Assembly: GCA_036397065.1 (NCBI GenBank)
Contig: DASWJP010000109.1
Span: 32,538-96,537, forward strand
Source: Kiloniellales bacterium
GTDB lineage: Bacteria; Pseudomonadota; Alphaproteobacteria; Kiloniellales; J153
Length of the DNA: 64,000 bases
Reading direction: 5' to 3'
The position numbers were made by a program, and so were the translations under genes. Below, one piece after another: positions 61,656 through 64,000 of the stretch; within the stretch, counting starts at the first letter, position 1; each line of letters begins with the position of its first letter. Below the pieces are notes generated by a model. The model worked only from the letters and a program-made list of their open reading frames with translations, searched no databases and was not told the DNA's origin.

Positions 61656-63151
61656 TTGCTTGGCCCGCGAAAAACGCTGTCATAGACGGCCTGATCGCCG
61701 CTGGCCGTATCGCTGACGACGAAGGTGACCTGGGCCGACTCGCCGCGCACGTCCGCCGCCGGGACGGTCAGGAACACCCGGAAGCTGGCCAGTCGGTCCG
61801 GCCCTACAGTGACCGTCGCGGTCTCGTCGGCGGCGGCCAGTATGCTCAATTGGGCCGGCACGGATCCGGAGACCGTCAGCCTGAAATCCCGCCCCTGATG
61901 CCGCTTGTTGATGATCTTGATCGTATACCCGTTGCGCACGCTGCCGTCGGACAAGGTAACGAACAGGGGATTGCGGTCGCGCAAGACGCTCAGCTCGACC
62001 GAGCCCCGGCTGCTGAAGGCGGCCAGCATGACCGCGCCGACCACGGCGATGAGCACCGCATAGACCACCGGCCGCAGCCGCGCCAGCCGGAAGCGGGGCG
62101 GCTGCCCTGTGGTGCGCCGCTGCAGGTTGGTCAGGGTGTCGTACGCAATCAAGCCGCGCGGCCGCCCGACCCGATCCATGACCCCGTTGCAAGCATCGAT
62201 GCACAAGGCACAGGTGATGCATTCGAGCTGTTGTCCGTCGCGGATGTCGATGCCCATGGGACAGACCGCGACGCATTGATTGCAGTCGACGCAATCGCCG
62301 CGTCCCTCCCAGCTGTCGCCCTTGCGGTGCGCGCCGCGCGGCTCGCCGCGAAACTCCCGATAGGTGACGACCAGGGATTCGTCATCCAGCATGGCCGCCT
62401 GGATGCGCGGCCACGGGCACATGTAGGTACACACCTGTTCGCGCGCATGACCGCCCAGCATGTAGGTGGTGAAGGTCAGCCCGCCGATCGCCATGTAGGC
62501 AATCGCCGGCGCCTGAAACCGGACCAGATCGGCCAGCAGGCCGGGCGCATCGGCGAAATAGAACACCCAGGCACCGCCGGTGAGCACGGCTATCACCAGC
62601 CAGGCCGCATGCTTGACAGCCTTGCGCGCGATCTTTCCCACCGTCCAGGGCATGGCGTCGCCGCGAATGCGCGCCGCCCGGTCGCCTTCCAGCAGCCGCT
62701 CGACGGCGATGAACAAATCCGTCCACACCGTCTGCGGGCACATATAGCCGCACCAGACGCGGCCGAACAGAGACGTGGCGAGAAACAGCGCCAGGGCGGC
62801 GATGATCAGCAGGCCGGTCAGGTAGTAGACCTCCTGCGGCCAGATCTCGATGAAGAAGAAGTAGAAACGCCGCGCCGGAAAATCGATCAATACCGCCTGA
62901 TCCGGCGCGTTCGGCCCCCGGTCCCAGCGGATCCACGGGGTCAGATAATAGATGGCCAGAGTCACGGCCATGATCGCCCACTTCAGGCGGCGAAAGACGC
63001 CGTGCGCAGCCTTGGGATGAATCCGCAGCCGCTTGGCATAGAGCGAGCGCGCCGCCGATTTGTTGACCGGCTCGGCGGTTGAACGCTCCACCCCCGCCGC
63101 CGCTGCGGCGCGGTTCATCGACGCGCCGGTGATGTCCGCCATCGTATCCAT
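61652..63151 (-). CDS. ccoG: CcoG/FixG polyferredoxin-like membrane protein.
   Basis: CGYMCPQ, CTYMCPW and CVDCNQCVAVCPMGIDIR...CITCALCIDAC motifs. Confidence 0.9.
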   Translation of the reverse strand: MDTMADITGASMNRAAAAAGVERSTAEPVNKSAARSLYAKRLRIHPKAAHGVFRRLKWAIMAVTLAIYYLTPWIRWDRGPNAPDQAVLIDFPARRFYFFFIEIWPQEVYYLTGLLIIAALALFLATSLFGRVWCGYMCPQTVWTDLFIAVERLLEGDRAARIRGDAMPWTVGKIARKAVKHAAWLVIAVLTGGAWVFYFADAPGLLADLVRFQAPAIAYMAIGGLTFTTYMLGGHAREQVCTYMCPWPRIQAAMLDDESLVVTYREFRGEPRGAHRKGDSWEGRGDCVDCNQCVAVCPMGIDIRDGQQLECITCALCIDACNGVMDRVGRPRGLIAYDTLTNLQRRTTGQPPRFRLARLRPVVYAVLIAVVGAVMLAAFSSRGSVELSVLRDRNPLFVTLSDGSVRNGYTIKIINKRHQGRDFRLTVSGSVPAQLSILAAADETATVTVGPDRLASFRVFLTVPAADVRGESAQVTFVVSDTASGDQAVYDSVFRGPSK

Positions 63152-63190
63152 CTGGTGCTACCCGATCCGGCCTACGAAGGCCGGTGCTGG

Positions 63191-64000
63191 CTACTCGCCG
63201 CCGCCGAGCGCATGGACATAGACGGCCAACTGCTTGATGGCCGCCGCATCCAGCCGGCCGATCCACGCGGGCATGGCGCCGGCGCGGCCGCCGGCGACGG
63301 TCTGGATCAGCGTATCGCGATCGCCGCCATAGAGCCAGATGCCATCGATCAGGTTGGGCGCGCCCAATTCGTGCGAGCCAACCCCGTCTTCCTGATGACA
63401 GGCCGTGCATTGTTCGGCAAAAACGTCGGCGCCACGGGCGATAGCTTCCGCGTCCCCGGCTTCGCCGGACAAGGACAGCATGTAGGTCACCACATCCTCC
63501 ACCTGTGCCTGATCGAGGATGCCGTCGCGCAGGAACGCGGGCATGTCGCCGACGCGCGCCTCGTCGTGTCCGGAGCGGATACCGAAGCGGATGGTCTGGG
63601 CGATGTCGTCCAGAGTGCCGCCCCACAACCAGTCGTCGTCATTGAGGTTGGCATAGCCCGGCCCGCCCTGGGCGCCCAGGCCGTGGCATTGCGAGCAGTT
63701 CACGGCAAACGCCGAACGGCCGCCCGCCAAGGCGAATTCGAGCAGCGCCGGGTCAGCCTCGATCTCCGCCAAACTGGCATCGACAATGCGGCTGGTATAA
63801 CCGATTTGCGCCTGCTTGGCCTCGGCCAGACTCTGGGCCACCACGGCGCGTTGCGAATGACCGAGCAGGCCCGTGGTATAGCTGCTCACCAACGGCCACG
63901 CCGGCATCAGGATCCAATAGCCAACCGCCCAGAGAATGGTGGCATACCAAGTCCACAGCCACCAACGGGGCAGCGGCGTGTTCAGTTCCTTGATGCCGTC
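63191..64000 (-). CDS. ccoP: cbb3-type cytochrome c oxidase subunit III (di-heme cytochrome c). Partial: the 5' end lies beyond the window.
   Basis: Two CxxCH motifs (CSQCH, CTACH). The frame stays open to the window edge and reads ..DGIKELNTPLPRWWLWTWYATILWAVGYWILMPAWP. Confidence 0.9.
   Translation of the reverse strand, partial: DGIKELNTPLPRWWLWTWYATILWAVGYWILMPAWPLVSSYTTGLLGHSQRAVVAQSLAEAKQAQIGYTSRIVDASLAEIEADPALLEFALAGGRSAFAVNCSQCHGLGAQGGPGYANLNDDDWLWGGTLDDIAQTIRFGIRSGHDEARVGDMPAFLRDGILDQAQVEDVVTYMLSLSGEAGDAEAIARGADVFAEQCTACHQEDGVGSHELGAPNLIDGIWLYGGDRDTLIQTVAGGRAGAMPAWIGRLDAAAIKQLAVYVHALGGGE

Noticed and set aside
1-64000. Search for CRISPR arrays, tRNA/rRNA genes, IS elements, integrases, phage or defence-system genes.
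   Set aside because: No repeat-spacer periodicity, no cloverleaf-like or rRNA-like segments, no transposase or recombinase motifs, and no nuclease/ATPase defence-type ORFs were found. Every sizeable real ORF has a metabolic, transport, regulatory or respiratory assignment.

Overview
GC-rich proteobacterial chromosome segment, alphaproteobacterial in style (fixGHIS/ccoGHIS genes, RpiR-type IolR, many TAT-signal binding proteins). It is almost entirely coding. I saw no rRNA, tRNA, CRISPR array, transposase or integrase. Left to right: (1) two cytoplasmic molybdopterin oxidoreductases with a Bcr/CflA-type MFS exporter between them. (2) A decayed beta-ketoadipate (pca) cluster in which pcaI, pcaJ and pcaF are intact while pcaG and pcaB survive only as relics, abutted by an Fe3+/thiamine-type ABC importer. 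(3) A myo-inositol catabolic regulon (SDR-iolG; iolC-D-E-B-IMPase; iolR) with GGAA-N6-TTCC-type operators. (4) A polyamine-type ABC importer with an omega-aminotransferase and a MocR regulator. (5) An orphan ackA. (6) hutC with a HutC-type operator, followed by a Liv/HAAT ABC importer. (7) A methylated-amine island holding tdm (DUF1989+GcvT) and tmm (bacterial FMO), interleaved with a second, split HAAT importer. (8) The most unusual part: a tightly coupled minus-strand operon preceded by FNR/FixK boxes. It encodes a ba3-like heme-copper oxidase whose subunit I lacks the cross-linked active-site tyrosine, plus ctaB, two SCO/SenC proteins, a cytochrome b-2x[4Fe-4S]-MvhD fusion, an unknown membrane protein and a hemerythrin. 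(9) A DUF2189-like protein and ccoS-I-H-G plus the 3' part of ccoP. Many long ORFs in the six-frame track are antisense shadows or false 5' extensions typical of high-GC DNA; I trimmed starts by homology, RBS and overlap logic.
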